Origin: Pelomyxa schiedti | Lineage: Eukaryota; Protista; Evosea | Assembly: GCA_020536535.1 (NCBI GenBank) | Contig: JAHLWZ010000798.1 | Span: 62,001-126,000, forward strand | Length of the DNA: 64,000 nucleotides | Direction of reading: 5' to 3' | Shown: piece by piece, positions 14,720-28,004 of the stretch | How positions within the stretch are numbered: the stretch's first letter is position 1 | Layout of the letters: every line of letters starts with the position of its first letter | Program-made: the position numbers and the translations under genes | The notes under the pieces: model-generated | Seen by the model: the letters and a program-made list of their open reading frames with translations, nothing else | Told to the model about the DNA's origin: nothing | The model's database searches: none

Positions 14720-17700
14720 ATGATGAGCAATATGCGACTACGCAAGTACGACTACCGCGCATCTCGTGTTGTCTATATTGGCTTGTTGTAGGTCTCATGG
14801 TGTTTTTGTTTTTAAAGGATTTTCGACCAACTCACTGTGGGTTGTGGCTCACCTACGTGCACTAATCCTCACTGCCGATCAAATCCTTGTAGTTCTATGT
14901 TGTATTTGCTTTTTTTTATATTGACTACCGAAAGCTGTGCACGAGCGTTACAAGAACCTTGATGCAAACGGCGCTGCCGCAGCTGCATTGAGACTTTACA
15001 CAGACCCCTCTGTGCCTTTGTGTAGTACAGCTTCCAGTCAAACAATAACCTCAACTCAGCAATCTCAATCGACAATTCCTACCCCACCTCCAATTCAATC
15101 TTTTCCAGTATCTTCCTCACCTCCACCCACTCCAACACAAAGCACAACACAGCTTACCACTATTTCCACGGTCACATCCAGCCCAGCTCACACCAATCTT
15201 TCAGTATCCTCTGAAGCTGTCAAGCATCCCAGTTTTCCCTCAGCTGCCCCTTACCCACTTTCTGCATCTTCACCCGTAACACCGTTTTATGCACAGCCCT
15301 ATTCTTTCGAAGAAATGGAGCTTCTTGTTGCACAATGCACAAGTTTGAACTCCATGGTTTCCTTGATTAGGAAAATCGGTTCAATTTTTTCACCAGAATG
15401 CCTCTCTGTCAGTTTTATTTCTCAATCAACAGATGGTTGGAATGTTGTTCCTCTTGTTTCATTTCCCTGTTATAACTTCTGCAAAAAAGGATTTTCCTGA
15501 TGTGGATCTTGACAACCTTCAGAAAACATATAATTTACTTTTTTCCCTTGTACGGCTTCTTCTCCTCTTGGGTACATAAAATAACACAAAAAAGAATAAT
15601 CCAGATGTCACGAGCGTTCTTCAGAATACCCAGGAACGTACTCTCACAGTGTTGAGATCAAGTTTTCTTCCAAGCCCTCAGATGACGAGAGTTATTGTAA
15701 TCTTACTGGAGGTGTTTTCCAATTACCATTTGATTTGCTTTTCACTGACTATTTCATTAAAGAACCCTCAAATTAATGAATTTGAGCGCTACAGCACCCT
15801 CCTGGGAGCTGCTTGTCAATGCATAACCCGTTTACCTAAAGACTGGCAGGATGTGTTAGGGAGATACTACAAAAGGTGATTCTGTCGAATTTTCGCATGT
15901 TCTCAGCTGCTCCTACAGAAGAGGTTCAGAATGCTGTCGTAGACTAGTGATCACCTTACAAGAAATGATAAGTGTCTCAATTGAAATGCGAGAAGGGAAA
16001 TCAGTCCTTTACTCTAGTCACATAACTGCAGCAGTTCACACACTGTCCATATTTTGTAATGCAACAAACTGTTTACAATCCTATTTAACTTGATGCAGAT
16101 AAATTCTGTCATACAAGTATAGTCCCTGTGGGAATGTTTTTCAACGAACTCGTGAGCAGCAATCTGAGCGTCAGTGATGACTTCGACAGATTCCGACACA
16201 ATCAATTTACATACAGCAATTATCCTTTTCTTCTTGATTGCGAACTGAAGTCAAGGATCCTTCAAAATTTCAATGGTTTTGAGCAATACGTTACAGAGCA
16301 GGTAAGCAGACACTAACCGAGTTATTGGAACTTACAACACCTCAGGAAACATCTGAAATTGTCTTCACCACTCGAGGGCTTGCTAGAGTAGGCGGAAGAC
16401 TGAGAATTATGGTTAGCAGAGAGACTATCATACCAGAAACTCTGCGACAGGTTTTCCTGACAAGCACAAAATCCCGCCACTCTATTCTGACTGCCAAATC
16501 GCACAGTTAGCCACTTGTAAACCCGAAGACTTCAAAAAAGAGTTGCACATTGAATTTGAAGATGAAGATGGCATTGACCATGGTGGTGTCAAGAAAGAAT
16601 GGTTTCAATTGGTACATCTCTCATCCTCTCTGTTCGGAATTGCATTAACCTTGAATCAGATAATCAGCACAATTTTCAATCCAGTTTATGGTTTGACACT
16701 ACTACTCATTACTTTTTTTTTTAAGTTGACAAGGAATGTTTATTCTTAATGAAACAACGCGGAACTACTGGTTCAATCACGCCTCTGATGCCCTTGAGGA
16801 CTACAAATTGATTGGCATAGTAGAATTTCTCTTAACCAAAATTTGGGTTTTTAACAGGCACCCCAGCTTCTTGGTCTCGCTATATATAACGGTGTAATTT
16901 TGGATATCCATTTTCCTCAAGCTGTTTTTAAGAAACTATTGGGTCAGGATCCTTGCTTGGAAGATCTTAAGGAAACACACAACGTAAAATAGCAGTACTA
17001 GTACAATACTCTCATTCGAACACAGGAGACCTACAACAGCTTTATGCGCCTTCAAAAAGATCCTAGTATTCTCAAAGACTTGGAGCTGAAATTTGATGCA
17101 TCTTATTTCAAATTCGACCAATTTGCCGTGCACGAATTGAAACCGAACGGGAGCACAATCCCAGTTACCCCTGAAAATTTAGAAGGTAGCTTTGTGGCAA
17201 GGAATGTTTTCCATTTTCCCTTACTGATTATTACCAGAGTACATTGGGTTGCAGGTCAAGTGGTTACTAGTTGACTCTATAGACACGCAATTCAAGGCCT
17301 TTTATGAGGGGTTCCGTGTGGTCTGCTCAAATATGGTCTTTCAAGTGGGTTTTTCTTGTTTCTTTGCAGCTCTAACGGTTATTAGTTTTTCCGACCAGAT
17401 GAATTAGAACTTGTTATTTGTGGAAACAGTGAGCTTGATATGCACGAGCTTGAACGGAGTACTAAATACGACAATGGTTATTCCAAAAGCCATTCTGTTA
17501 TAAAGTTCACCACCCCAAGAATATCTACAACAACATTTACTTTGAGGCAGGAATTTTTGGACGATCGTTCACTCACTCCCCCCGGCCATGCACCACAACT
17601 TACTAGCCTTCTGTACAGGCTCGGACAGATGTCCGGTAGGTGGACTATCCAAACTACACCCACCCTTCGTCATTGCTAGAAATGGCACTGACAGTGACCT

Positions 17701-17877
17701 GTAAGTCCCAACTGCACCCTTCCTTTTTGACTCCCCTTCACTCACTCGCACTACAGGCTACCGACGGCCTCCACGTGCTTTAATTTGTTGCTTCTGCCCC
17801 CATATCGAAGCCTAGACAAACTGCGTGAGAAGTTACTCCAGGCCATTCAGAATTCAACAGGATTTGGTTTGCCTTGA
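14720..17877 (+). CDS. UBE3A: HECT E3 ubiquitin ligase, UBE3A/E6AP-like (AZUL + HECT); start approximate
   Basis: AZUL-like [22 protein letters not shown]...[14 protein letters not shown]; [40 protein letters not shown] and C-terminal [10 protein letters not shown]...GFGL. Confidence 0.88.
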
Positions 17878-17941
17878 ACCCAAAAGAACAAAGAAAAAAA
17901 CTTCTGTTGTTTTGTTTTTCTTTGTTCACAACAAAAACCTC

Positions 17942-20900
17942 TCAGGAGAGGCTTGCCGGGTATTTTGAAAAATCACGTCCTGTCACTGGGCATATGTTCT
18001 TGGTCTTGATACACTTGAAGCACACAACAACGCCATTGGGATATCGAGCAACTACACGCCTGTTTATTCTGGTGCCACAGACGGGGCAGGTAGTCTGCTC
18101 GTTTATGATTACAGCCTTCTCGGTGTTCCGTATAAGAGTGACTTTGTCCTTTGTATTTGTGAGTTTCATTGTGGGATTTTGGGTGGGATTTGGCCCACCA
18201 TTATAGTGCAAGCTTGGTATAAATTTTTGGTAATTTGACCTGTGCGCCATGAGTCAAAGTTCTCCTGCATGGCCTGAAGAATTTAGTGAGACAGAGGGAG
18301 TTACAGTTTTACCTTGGTAATGCAGGGCAGGATGGTTTGAAGTGAAAGAGAATCTGGGAGATACGGCAGTACCTATTATTTCCCACTTGAGTAAACCTTT
18401 CAAGCAGGTGAGGGTACTTGTAGCAAGTCGATGTTTCTTGCATGTTTATTTAATAGATCAACAGCTCGCTGAGGGAGGGGGCAGATCTGAGGTGTTTCAG
18501 TATCTGTAGGCTGCACTGCAGGCGGACTAGCCGGGTTCCCCATTTCGATGTATATTTGTAATAATATCAAAAACAGCTGATTGGGCGAACTATGCGATAT
18601 GCAATACTGCTCAGCCCTTTCACAATCATTTAGTTGATGCACCATCAATTGAAGAACGCGGTTGTGACTTCCAATCTTGGGTATCATTTATAATGACAAA
18701 GTACAGGATAAATTAAAATACTTGTTTGTAGAGAGAAATTTGTTCTTCATATAAAGTGGTGTCATGAATCTGTGACAAAAGCATACTGGCATTGTAGGCG
18801 CTAGAGAGTTTAAACAGGGATGCCAATTTTGTTCGATACTGAGGAATAAATGAAAGTGCAACATGGAGGGGGAAAAAAATACCTCCCCAAGAGGTGGTGG
18901 TTCTTTGGTTGGATCAATATGAGGGACTGAGGAAAGTTACTTGATATACATTCAGAAAGGAACCAAAAACAAACCTATGTGATTTTCTGCGATATGCCGT
19001 AATATACATTGAATGTAGATGAAAGCAAGTCGTGTATGAAATTTTTCTTCCTAGCACTCATTGGGATACACTTTGATACTTAAACCGTACCTTGACATGC
19101 AAATTGAAAATGATATTTTCTAAATACATTTGTACAATACTATCATCACTGAGACTTGTCAAAAAAGTGAGAACTTGGTCATGTGTTACAATAGTTTCTG
19201 GTCTTGGGTTCAGAGTAAAGATCTGAGGAGAGTTAATGAAGTTAAAAAGCTGTTTCTAACCTTTATTGCTTTGTTTTTGTCTTTGCGAAAGACCCAAGTG
19301 GAAAACTCCCAAACGAGAAGCATGTCATTGCATTTCGCAAGTAGGCGTACAGTGTCATCAACTCCAGTACAAAGAGGGTCAGTGAACTCCCCAGTGCCAA
19401 ATCTGAGGTTACATATTAGCTAAGGTAATTGATTCACACTTAAGTTTAGGTCAATTTCGTACTTGGCCCAAATTAAAAGAGCATTACGGTAACGTTTCTG
19501 ACAATTGTACAGCGTAGATAACGGGTACCAGCACTATTTGGTAAAGGGTTAAAGAGCTTTTGAGGTTGTAACAGGGAACTTTTTTTAAGGCAAGGTAGTC
19601 CTCCACCATGGAACTATGATAAAGGGCACTTGTTTTAATGAGTTCAACCAATTTATTTGGTTTAAAGTGCACATAGAGTTTGATTAGAGCGGTGGTTATA
19701 TCCTGCAAATTTGGAAAGGAAGGTAAGAAGAAGAGCCACTTAGAAAGTTGTATACCTGCACAACTTCCTCTGGATTGATTGTAGTTTTCATTTGTTCCCG
19801 TTTTTTTTCTAGGAATTCCATCAGGCATCGCCGAGCCACGATAATTCTCTCCTCAATGGCTGCTGGGTCTGCAACAGATATTTTGGATTTCACTGGGCAG
19901 ATGTCAATAGAAGGAACAGAAGTAAGAACATAACCTAAAGCAGCGATATCAGTCGGCTGTAAGAAATGCGATCCCTCAGGTAATAAGTCGGGAAAATATC
20001 CAATAACGGATTGTGGAGCCGTGTCCGACACCAAATAGTGCTCTACCGCTTCATTAAAACGTGTCAGCTCAAATAAAGTGCTTCCTGCAATGCTGTGCAT
20101 TTCCATTAACCTCTAGAATTATGAAAATTGGTTATAACAAACAAAACAAAGGGCCTCACTTTTTCAAAGTCCTTAGGGAGTTGCTTTCCGTCGCGGCCAG
20201 CCAGACAGAATCTAAACCACTCGAAGGCTTCCCTGTTCTGGCCTGCTTTAAGCATTTCAATGACCTTTTGGATAATAAGAATGGCAATTCCATAAACTTG
20301 ATTTCTTAAACCCACTTGTTCCTTTAAAGTGGCAGCATCCACCACATATACACAAGCAGGGGCAAATGAATTAGCTAAGGCAATGAAATCTTGTGGGTCA
20401 CAGCCTTCTTGGAGTATCTTTATTTAATTAAAAAATAACTTAACCAGATAGCTTGCACACTGAAAAATTTGGATATGGCGGCTTATCCAGAATTATGGTT
20501 TGTACGAGTTGAGAGGTCATCATGCTATAGATCTCAATACTCCTCTGGTGAAGAGCAATAATATAGGGGAAATTACAAGCTTCAGACAGTGACACCAAGA
20601 AAGCAAGTGTGTGATGTGTGTAGATGCATTTTGACACTTGGAAGGTGGCATACCTAATTGTGAGGGAGTACCCTGAAATGGAATTGGTGGACGTGCAGAA
20701 GGAGCACCAGAAAAAGAAAAGAAAAAGCCTTGCCCTAACAAGATAGTAGTGTTAGTTACAAAGAAAATCAAAATTAACTGAAGCAATCAACATAAACAAA
20801 CATATAACAAAACCTTCTTTATAGAGAAGGAGTTCGTTGCCAGCGACCACCACCAAAGGGGGGTGCCGTGAGTCGTGGCTTGTTAGAACATCCAGTCTTA

Positions 20901-21735
20901 GTGATAGCAGATTTAAAAGTAGATATTCCTTTTTTGTTGCTACACATATAATATCTTGGCTCCCTACAAGTGCAACTGCTTGCTCAGTGAGGGGAATTTC
21001 CTTGTATTGTAAGTTGGGATAAATTCGGCAAAACAGGAAGGTACATTAATCAGCTCAATAGCTGTTCTGCTTGTAAATTCGTACAACACTAATTTCTTCT
21101 TCAACTGAACACAAAATCTAAACTCAGTGGACCCCTTCTGTGTTCCAAAAGAGATAACTCCTTTCCAGGGAGGGATGACACTTGTTGCTGCTGTGAGTGG
21201 GGGTGATGTTGAGGGTGAAGCTGCTGATGACTTCCCATCTGGACTCCATAATTCAAGGGAGTACATGTTCAACATATACAAAGTGGATTCTTGGGGGGAA
21301 AAAAAAGTTAAAGAGAATTGTTAGATGGGAGAAAAACCACAAAGAGCAAGCAGCTTCCCAGGACCAGGCATCAGAGAAATTTGTTCAATAGGTTTCCTGG
21401 TTGACAACACTCTTGAATTTTGAAGCTGCGATTTTACCAAAAACTGTATCCACGGTAAGCCATCATAGTGTACTACAACAGCAATAATAATAGTAATAAT
21501 AATAATAAAGAGCAATTAAAGGACACTCACCCGCTCCCCTTGAGGGACTTTTTCCAGTACGTATTGAAACAGTCTCCCATCGGCAGATCCAATGTACAAA
21601 TTGGTGGCTGTATACATGTTACGGAGTTGTTTATTGCAAAAAAAAAAAAAGTAGGAAAGATGACCAACCCCAGATTGCAGCACACTCAATTTTGCACGGC
21701 ACAACAGGGACTGTGGGAACGAGCTCAACAGACAT
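17942..21735 (-). CDS. Vps39/Vam6 or TGFBRAP1 (Vps3) family HOPS/CORVET subunit
   Basis: N-terminal CNH start MSVELVPTVPVVPCKIECAAIWATNLYIGSADG; central LTRFNEAVEHY...VIGYFP and HQLNDCERAEQYC; C-terminal zinc knuckle TTCPVCGTRINRRVVARYPNGVVVCFKC. Confidence 0.88.
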
Positions 21736-22084
21736 CACTCCCCTGCCTCTTTTTGCACAGATTTTTATTTTCTTCTCTTTTTTTCCTGATGGGGCATCAA
21801 TCAAGCCATCTCAGACAGGTGGGATAGAGTGTATTGGCTTGGAAGTGGTTTCATCCAGAAATCATACAGTTTCACTCTGCCGGAATATCGTCCAGCTAAT
21901 CCGACAGGCGCCCATGTACTGACATCACGATGTTGTCAATGGGGGGTTAAGAGTTTCGCGATGGTACATTATCAAAGTTCACAAGTTTAGATGTCCAGTT
22001 CTTCGTTCCCATTTTTTCTCCAACGTGTGTTAACCACGTTCCCCGAAAATCTCAGGGAAACAACAAAAAAACAGAACAAAACCG

Positions 22085-22497
22085 AGCACCTCAGCCACCA
22101 CCACAAAAACGTACTGACGGTGCTGCGGGTGCACAATTTGGTTGGAAGCTGCACAATGCACATTTTGGAGAGATGGCACTGTGTGTGGACTGTTAGTTTA
22201 GTGGTTCTTCTTTGTAAACCACCAGTGTGTGGGATAAGTCGACGGTGCTCTTTTGGTCTCTTTGTTTGTGGTACGTCCTATCTTTTGTCACTGCTATGTA
22301 GGTTTGGCCACTTTGCAAAACCAGAGCATATTTGCACCTTTTATGCTCATATGAGCCCATATCAAGGCACATGTGAGGGAACTAGCAGGTACCAACGAAA
22401 GAACTTTTTTTTTTCCTCTTTCTTTTTATTATAAATAACTTATTCGATTGTTAGGGCCTCCTTTCACCTTGGTGAAAAGGATGCCTTAAGGGATTGA
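22085..22497 (+). CDS. Possible small spliced gene of unknown function; 5' structure unresolved
   Basis: Three intron-like segments (gttagt..cag, gtacgt..tag, gtacca..tag) keep one frame open to a stop near 22495. Confidence 0.3.
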
Positions 22498-22541
22498 CCT
22501 TGTCAATATTGTAGCTCAGTATTAGAAGGAGACTTGCCGAA

Positions 22542-23825
22542 TCACCAGCTTGTGAATAATGCAAGGCAAGTCAGAGAGTGGCTCTCTGTGAGGTCTTTAT
22601 TTAATGGATTCTGCACGGTGTTGCGACACCAACACTCAAATACCATCATCCCACACAAGGCATCCAAAACGCTTTTATAGGAGGTGACAGTAATGGCAAT
22701 TCGCCCGGAGTCATGTCCCGGCTGTGGGGAAATTGCATCGGCTCCAACGTATTGCACTGACATGTGCTTTAGGCACAGGTGTGTGTGTTCACTGAGTGTT
22801 GTTGCGGATTGCATAAGAAGTTTTGTTGTAGCATCCGACTGGTTACTATGAAGTATTCTCACAACCACAGGCGGACCTGGACTTATGGTAAGGCAATTAT
22901 CAACAAGCAGCAAGCTATTACATTTTTCGGAAAGTAAATTTTGGAATCTATCGGAATCCAGCTGCGGGGAAGTTGAAGCTTCTATTTCATGTGAGATGAT
23001 ACATGATTAAGGGGATATGGGGATACCTGGAGAGGGAGTTGAATCGCATTTAACTGTACTATGACATGGGTGAAGTGGAGATGATCCTGAAAGTGAAAGA
23101 GGGGGAGGAGTTGATGATATTGATGCCGGGATAGGTGCTGATAGGCACAGTGGTGGGGGAGGTGAATTGTGGGATAACGGAGCAAGCGGAAGTGACAAAG
23201 AGGATGTTTGAGAAGTGCAAATTGTAGGGGGGTGTTCTGTTGGTTCATCATACACTTTCGGGGCACCCACGGGCTGCAGTGAACTTCGTGTTTTGCATTG
23301 AGATTGAATGTCACTTGAGTCCATTAGCGGTCGTGGAACTTTGTGGGACCCAGCTGATTTCTTTCTGTAGTCACGTGCAACAAGCCTGAACTTCTTTGTA
23401 GATGCGACATTGCCACCACCAAAGTCCATCAACAAGACGAGATCATTTATGTTTATGTGCGTTCTACACCTTTTATCACAACTAGAGAAGGGATGCAGGA
23501 ATACAAACTTTGGCGATGAGCAAAATTGTTTTATTGTAAACTGAAACACATCGGAAACTCCACTTTCTGAAGCTGATGGCACATGCTCCTTGATCAAAAC
23601 GCGTAGAAGTTTGCCACCAGGACCTTTGCATTGATAACAAAGCGCTTCTAATGAGGGCAAATGTTAGCACAGTGTTCATGGAAGGGCCAGAAATACCTCT
23701 TTGAGTATAGAAGTCACAACACTTTGCGGAAATAACAACGCCGAAAATATCCTGTACACTCATTCTCCTCTCCAAACGCCATCTTCTATTTACCTCCACA
23801 CGAAGCTATTATTTTGTAAAGACAT
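22542..23825 (-). CDS. Hypothetical protein (N-terminal CxxC domain, P/S-rich linker, C-terminal globular domain)
   Basis: Long ORFs 23007-23660 and 22542-22913 linked by GT-AG introns; start uncertain. Confidence 0.55.
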
Positions 23826-24364
23826 GAGAAACGGAGTCGTTTCAGGGTTTTTTTTTATTTAGTGTGGGGGAAAAAAAAAGGTGTATTACTTCAGGGTAAC
23901 TTCGTGGCCAAATATCAAATCGTGACAAACTAACAGAGACATCATCACACTGCTTTTCCATTGCTATTTGTTTATGTGTTGAGTGTCGTGTTGTTGGTGC
24001 AATTTTTGTTGTTTTGTGGCGGAGGAGTAGAAAAATAAGTATAATCAATGCAAGGCAGTATTGACTTTTTTCACTGTATAAGGCGTTATACTAATGCGCC
24101 AAACCTAAATTCATCCATTGAAAAACTTCCGGATGCGAAATCGCCTGAGTTACTTTTAGTGGCAACAACGCCAGTCCAGGAAATTCTTAAATCTAAGTAG
24201 GCGATTCAGTGCATTCGTTGATCACCCAAAACTTTGTGTGAACAGACCGTTCTTCTTGTGAGAGACATTTCCCCGGGAGGGCGACGAACCTTTTTGTAGA
24301 TCCAGCCAATTCCAAATCTGCAATCTCTCCGTACAAAGTGAAATTTCATTTTCTTGAACATATT

Positions 24365-27300
24365 ATGAAGGAAGAGGAGCCACGCAAGCGAGAACACGCT
24401 CCGGTGGTTGAGACCGGTGTCGCAAATCCGGCAAATCCGAAGCGAAGTAGGGTGGTTGTTTCTGTGTCGGGGTCGTCTTACTCTACTACTACGACAACAT
24501 CGTCGGCGAGTACGCCGTCCACTGTCATCAGAATCCCTCTTCCGCAACACTCGCAGCAGTTGCCTCCCCACCAAGTAACTGATGTGCCTACGCCTTGTTA
24601 CTTGGCGCCGTCGCCGCCCATAGTTACTGTTGTAAGCGGCGCCTCCAGGAAGCACACCAATTCCACTGTGACAGTGACTCGCGCAATGGCCCCTCCGCGC
24701 TCTCCACCACCACCAATGTCCCCGCACACTCCCATGTCGCCCCCAGCCGCGCCACCTAGGTCACCCCCTCCCCCACAAACTCCTCCGAGGTCTCCCCCAC
24801 CACTGTCCCCGCCGCCGTCCACTTCTCCATCTGATACATCTACTGTTGTTGATGACACTGATGCCAACTGTGTGGATGACGACGACGAGGAGGGAGATGA
24901 CTGGGAAGAGGATAAGTTTGAAGACTTGGAACGTATACCTTCAGATAAGTTTGGCGTTCTACAACTTACAAACGCCAGACACAAAAATTGCTACTCTGGC
25001 ACCCTCAGATGAGCCATACTTTGATGCAGACTTCTCCTCCATGGAACTTATGGTGATGTGAAGGGACTTTGTGTCCTCGGCTAACCCAAATAAGCCCAAT
25101 TCTTCTACATTACCCTTGTGGGTTTGTCCAAATGGCCGAATCTACCTTGAAACTTTTTCATCAAAGTACCGTCAGGCATATGATTTTGTCATTGCCATAG
25201 CCGAGCCTGTTTGCAGGTATTCTTTCCTAAAATACTTCCAGTTCGCACAGTTTGGATTAGACCTCGGCATGTACAAGAATACCAGCTCACCCCACATTCA
25301 CTCTATGGTGCTGTGTCAACTGGTTTAACATCGGAGACAATTATAAAGGCTTTACAAATGTTATCAAAGGTTTGGCAGCCTTGGGATCTGCATGTTAACT
25401 TGAAAATAGGTGCGAGTGCCCATTGAAATTCAAAATATCATTCGGACATGCACGTCAAGTTACGGCAAAGTGAAACTTATTTTGAGGAAAAACAAATACT
25501 TCTGCGAAAGTAAATCCCGAGATGTTCTAAACAGGCTAGTAGGAGATGGACTAATCCGAGATGCCTTGGCAGTATGTTTCCTGCCTATCTTTTCTGTACT
25601 TGACTTTTTTTTCTTGGTAAGCCACTTAACGAAGGCTGCACGAGTTATATTTCTTCATCTACTATCGACACTGAGAAGAAATTTTCTTCGATGAATCCTG
25701 CCGCCGCCATACTGCAAGGTGATGACGATTCTGATGACGAAGAGCAAGGTCACAAGTCTCTTGTGCATTCTTTTGAGATTACTCCACCAAAAGTCGAAGT
25801 AGCCTTTTACTGTCACTTTTCAATACCTAAGTTCGCTAAAAAAACCCAAAGGGTGTCAAGAAGCGGTGTGTAGAGCTGGAATACCCACTGCTGGAGGAAT
25901 ATGACTTTAGGAACGACACAAATACTCCAGACTTGAAGATAGACTTGAAGCCAACTACTATAATCCGCCCTTATCAAGAAAAATCCCTCTCACAGATGTT
26001 CAGTAATGGGTTGGCGGTCTAAGGTAATTTCCCTAGATAACCATACCTTCCAGAAGAGCAAGGTCGGGGTTAATTGTACTCCCATGTGGCGCTGGTAAGT
26101 CACTTGTTGGTGTTACTGCGGCATGTACTATTAAGAAGTCGACTTTACTTCTCTGCACAAATTCGTGAGTTTCTGGATTAAGATCGTGCTCTAACATGTA
26201 TTCAGAGTCTCTGTTGATCAATGGCGAGAACAGTTCAGGATGTGGTCTACAATACAAGACAATCAAATCTCCCGTTTTACATCAGAACTAAAAGAGGTGA
26301 AGGGGGAAAAAATAACTGTGAAAGTAAAGCTTTTAGGGAATGTCTGTTGATACAGCTGGAGTGACGATTACTACATACACTATGTTAACCTTCAGTGGAA
26401 AGCGCAATCATAAATCGGCTGATATCATTAAAAGTTGCTTCTTAATGATTCATACCATTTCTAAGTGCAACAGAACTCCAAGACAAAGAATGGGGCTTAC
26501 TTGTACTTGATGAAGTGCATGTCGTTCCTGCGGTTGTATTTCGTAAGGTGCTGTCTGTGGTTGCGTCTCATTGTAAATTGGGTTTAACTGGTAGGTATAC
26601 AAATAAAAAAAAACCTCTTCTCACCAAGCAACTTTAAGCGACTTTGGTTCGTGAAGACAAGAGAATTGGTGATCTTAACTTCCTGATTGGACCAAAATTG
26701 TATGAGGCGAATTGGCTCGATCTTGTGAGTGCAGGATACATAGCAAACGTGCAGTGTGTTGAAGTGTGGTGCCAAATGACTGAAGCTTTTTATAAAGCCT
26801 ATCTTACCTCCACTGACCCGAGGTTGGCCTGTCTTTTTTGGCCTGCAATTTATTTTTCCCCAGGCAGCAGCAACTTTTATATGTAATGAATCCAAATAAA
26901 TTCCAAGCCTGCCAGTATTTGATGCAGTTTCATGAGAACAGGCATGCACTAACCAGTGATGTCAGTATTGAATTACTCTCAACAGAGGAGACAAAGTTAT
27001 CGTATTCAGTGATAACATTGATGCCCTCAAACACTATGCCAAAATGCTGCAGCGGCCTTTCATTTATGGTCCAACAAGTAATCAAGAGAGACTAGCAGTT
27101 CTTGAAGCATTTAAGAATACGTCAAAAATTAAGTCCATTTTCATTTCAAGGGTATATTTCCGCTATGATGGTGTATAAATAATAATATTTTAGGTTGGTG
27201 ATAATTCTATTGACCTACCCGAAGCAAACGTTGTAATACAAATATCCTCTCATTTTGGGTCACGAAGACAGGAGGCTCAGCGACTCGGTAAAACCTTTAG

Positions 27301-27886
27301 GCTTTTGGACTTTTCCTTATTATTACAACAGGTCGCATTCTGCGTCCTAAGTCACGCATGGAGGGTGGATTCAATGCATTTTTCTATACACTTGTATCCA
27401 CTGATACGCATGAGATGTACTTTTCCACTCGGAGACAGCAGTTCCTTGTTGATCAAGGCTATGCTTTCAAAGTACAATTTTAGCCTTTTTTTGTGCCTTC
27501 ATAATTAAGCACAGGTTGTGAGAGAACTTCAAGACATGGACCAAGCCAACCTACTACTCAAAACTCCCAAAGATCAGGATAGTCTTCTTGCTCAAGTTTT
27601 AGGGGCACAGAATGAAGATGAAGAAGAATTCTTGCGTGACAAGGATGATATTACCAGACACCCAGCAGCCAAGCGCTCGACAAGTACGCTCTTCCCCCAA
27701 TTTACACAATAAGTAATTGGTACAGGATCCGCCCGGTCTCTTGCTGGTGGGGAAGGCAGAGTGTATGCAGAGGTGAAAAAATCTAAGAAGGCAAAAGGAC
27801 CCACAAATGCAGTGATGCGTCAGTACTTCAACACGAAAAAAGCAGCCAGGGACCTGAAGAAAACTCCTCCCCCATCATCATCCTAA
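24365..27886 (+). CDS. ERCC3: TFIIH DNA helicase/translocase XPB
   Basis: [108 protein letters not shown]. Confidence 0.98.
26942..26985 (+). other. GC-AG intron in XPB
   Basis: GAACAG|GCATGC...CAACAG|AGGAGAC restores the conserved [14 protein letters not shown]. Confidence 0.8.
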
Positions 27887-28004
27887 CTTCCCGTTTTGCT
27901 AAAAGAACGAAGAGAACTGTTTGATTTGGATAGTATTCTTTTTTTAACACTCAAATGTGGTTGGAGGAAAATGTCTCTGTGAGCTCACATAATTTACATC
28001 GGGC

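Noticed and set aside
22983-23026. Minus-strand intron beginning GTATCCCC as U12 type
   Set aside because: The 5' motif deviates from GTATCCTT and the CCTTAA box is too far from the 3' end; treated as an ordinary U2 intron
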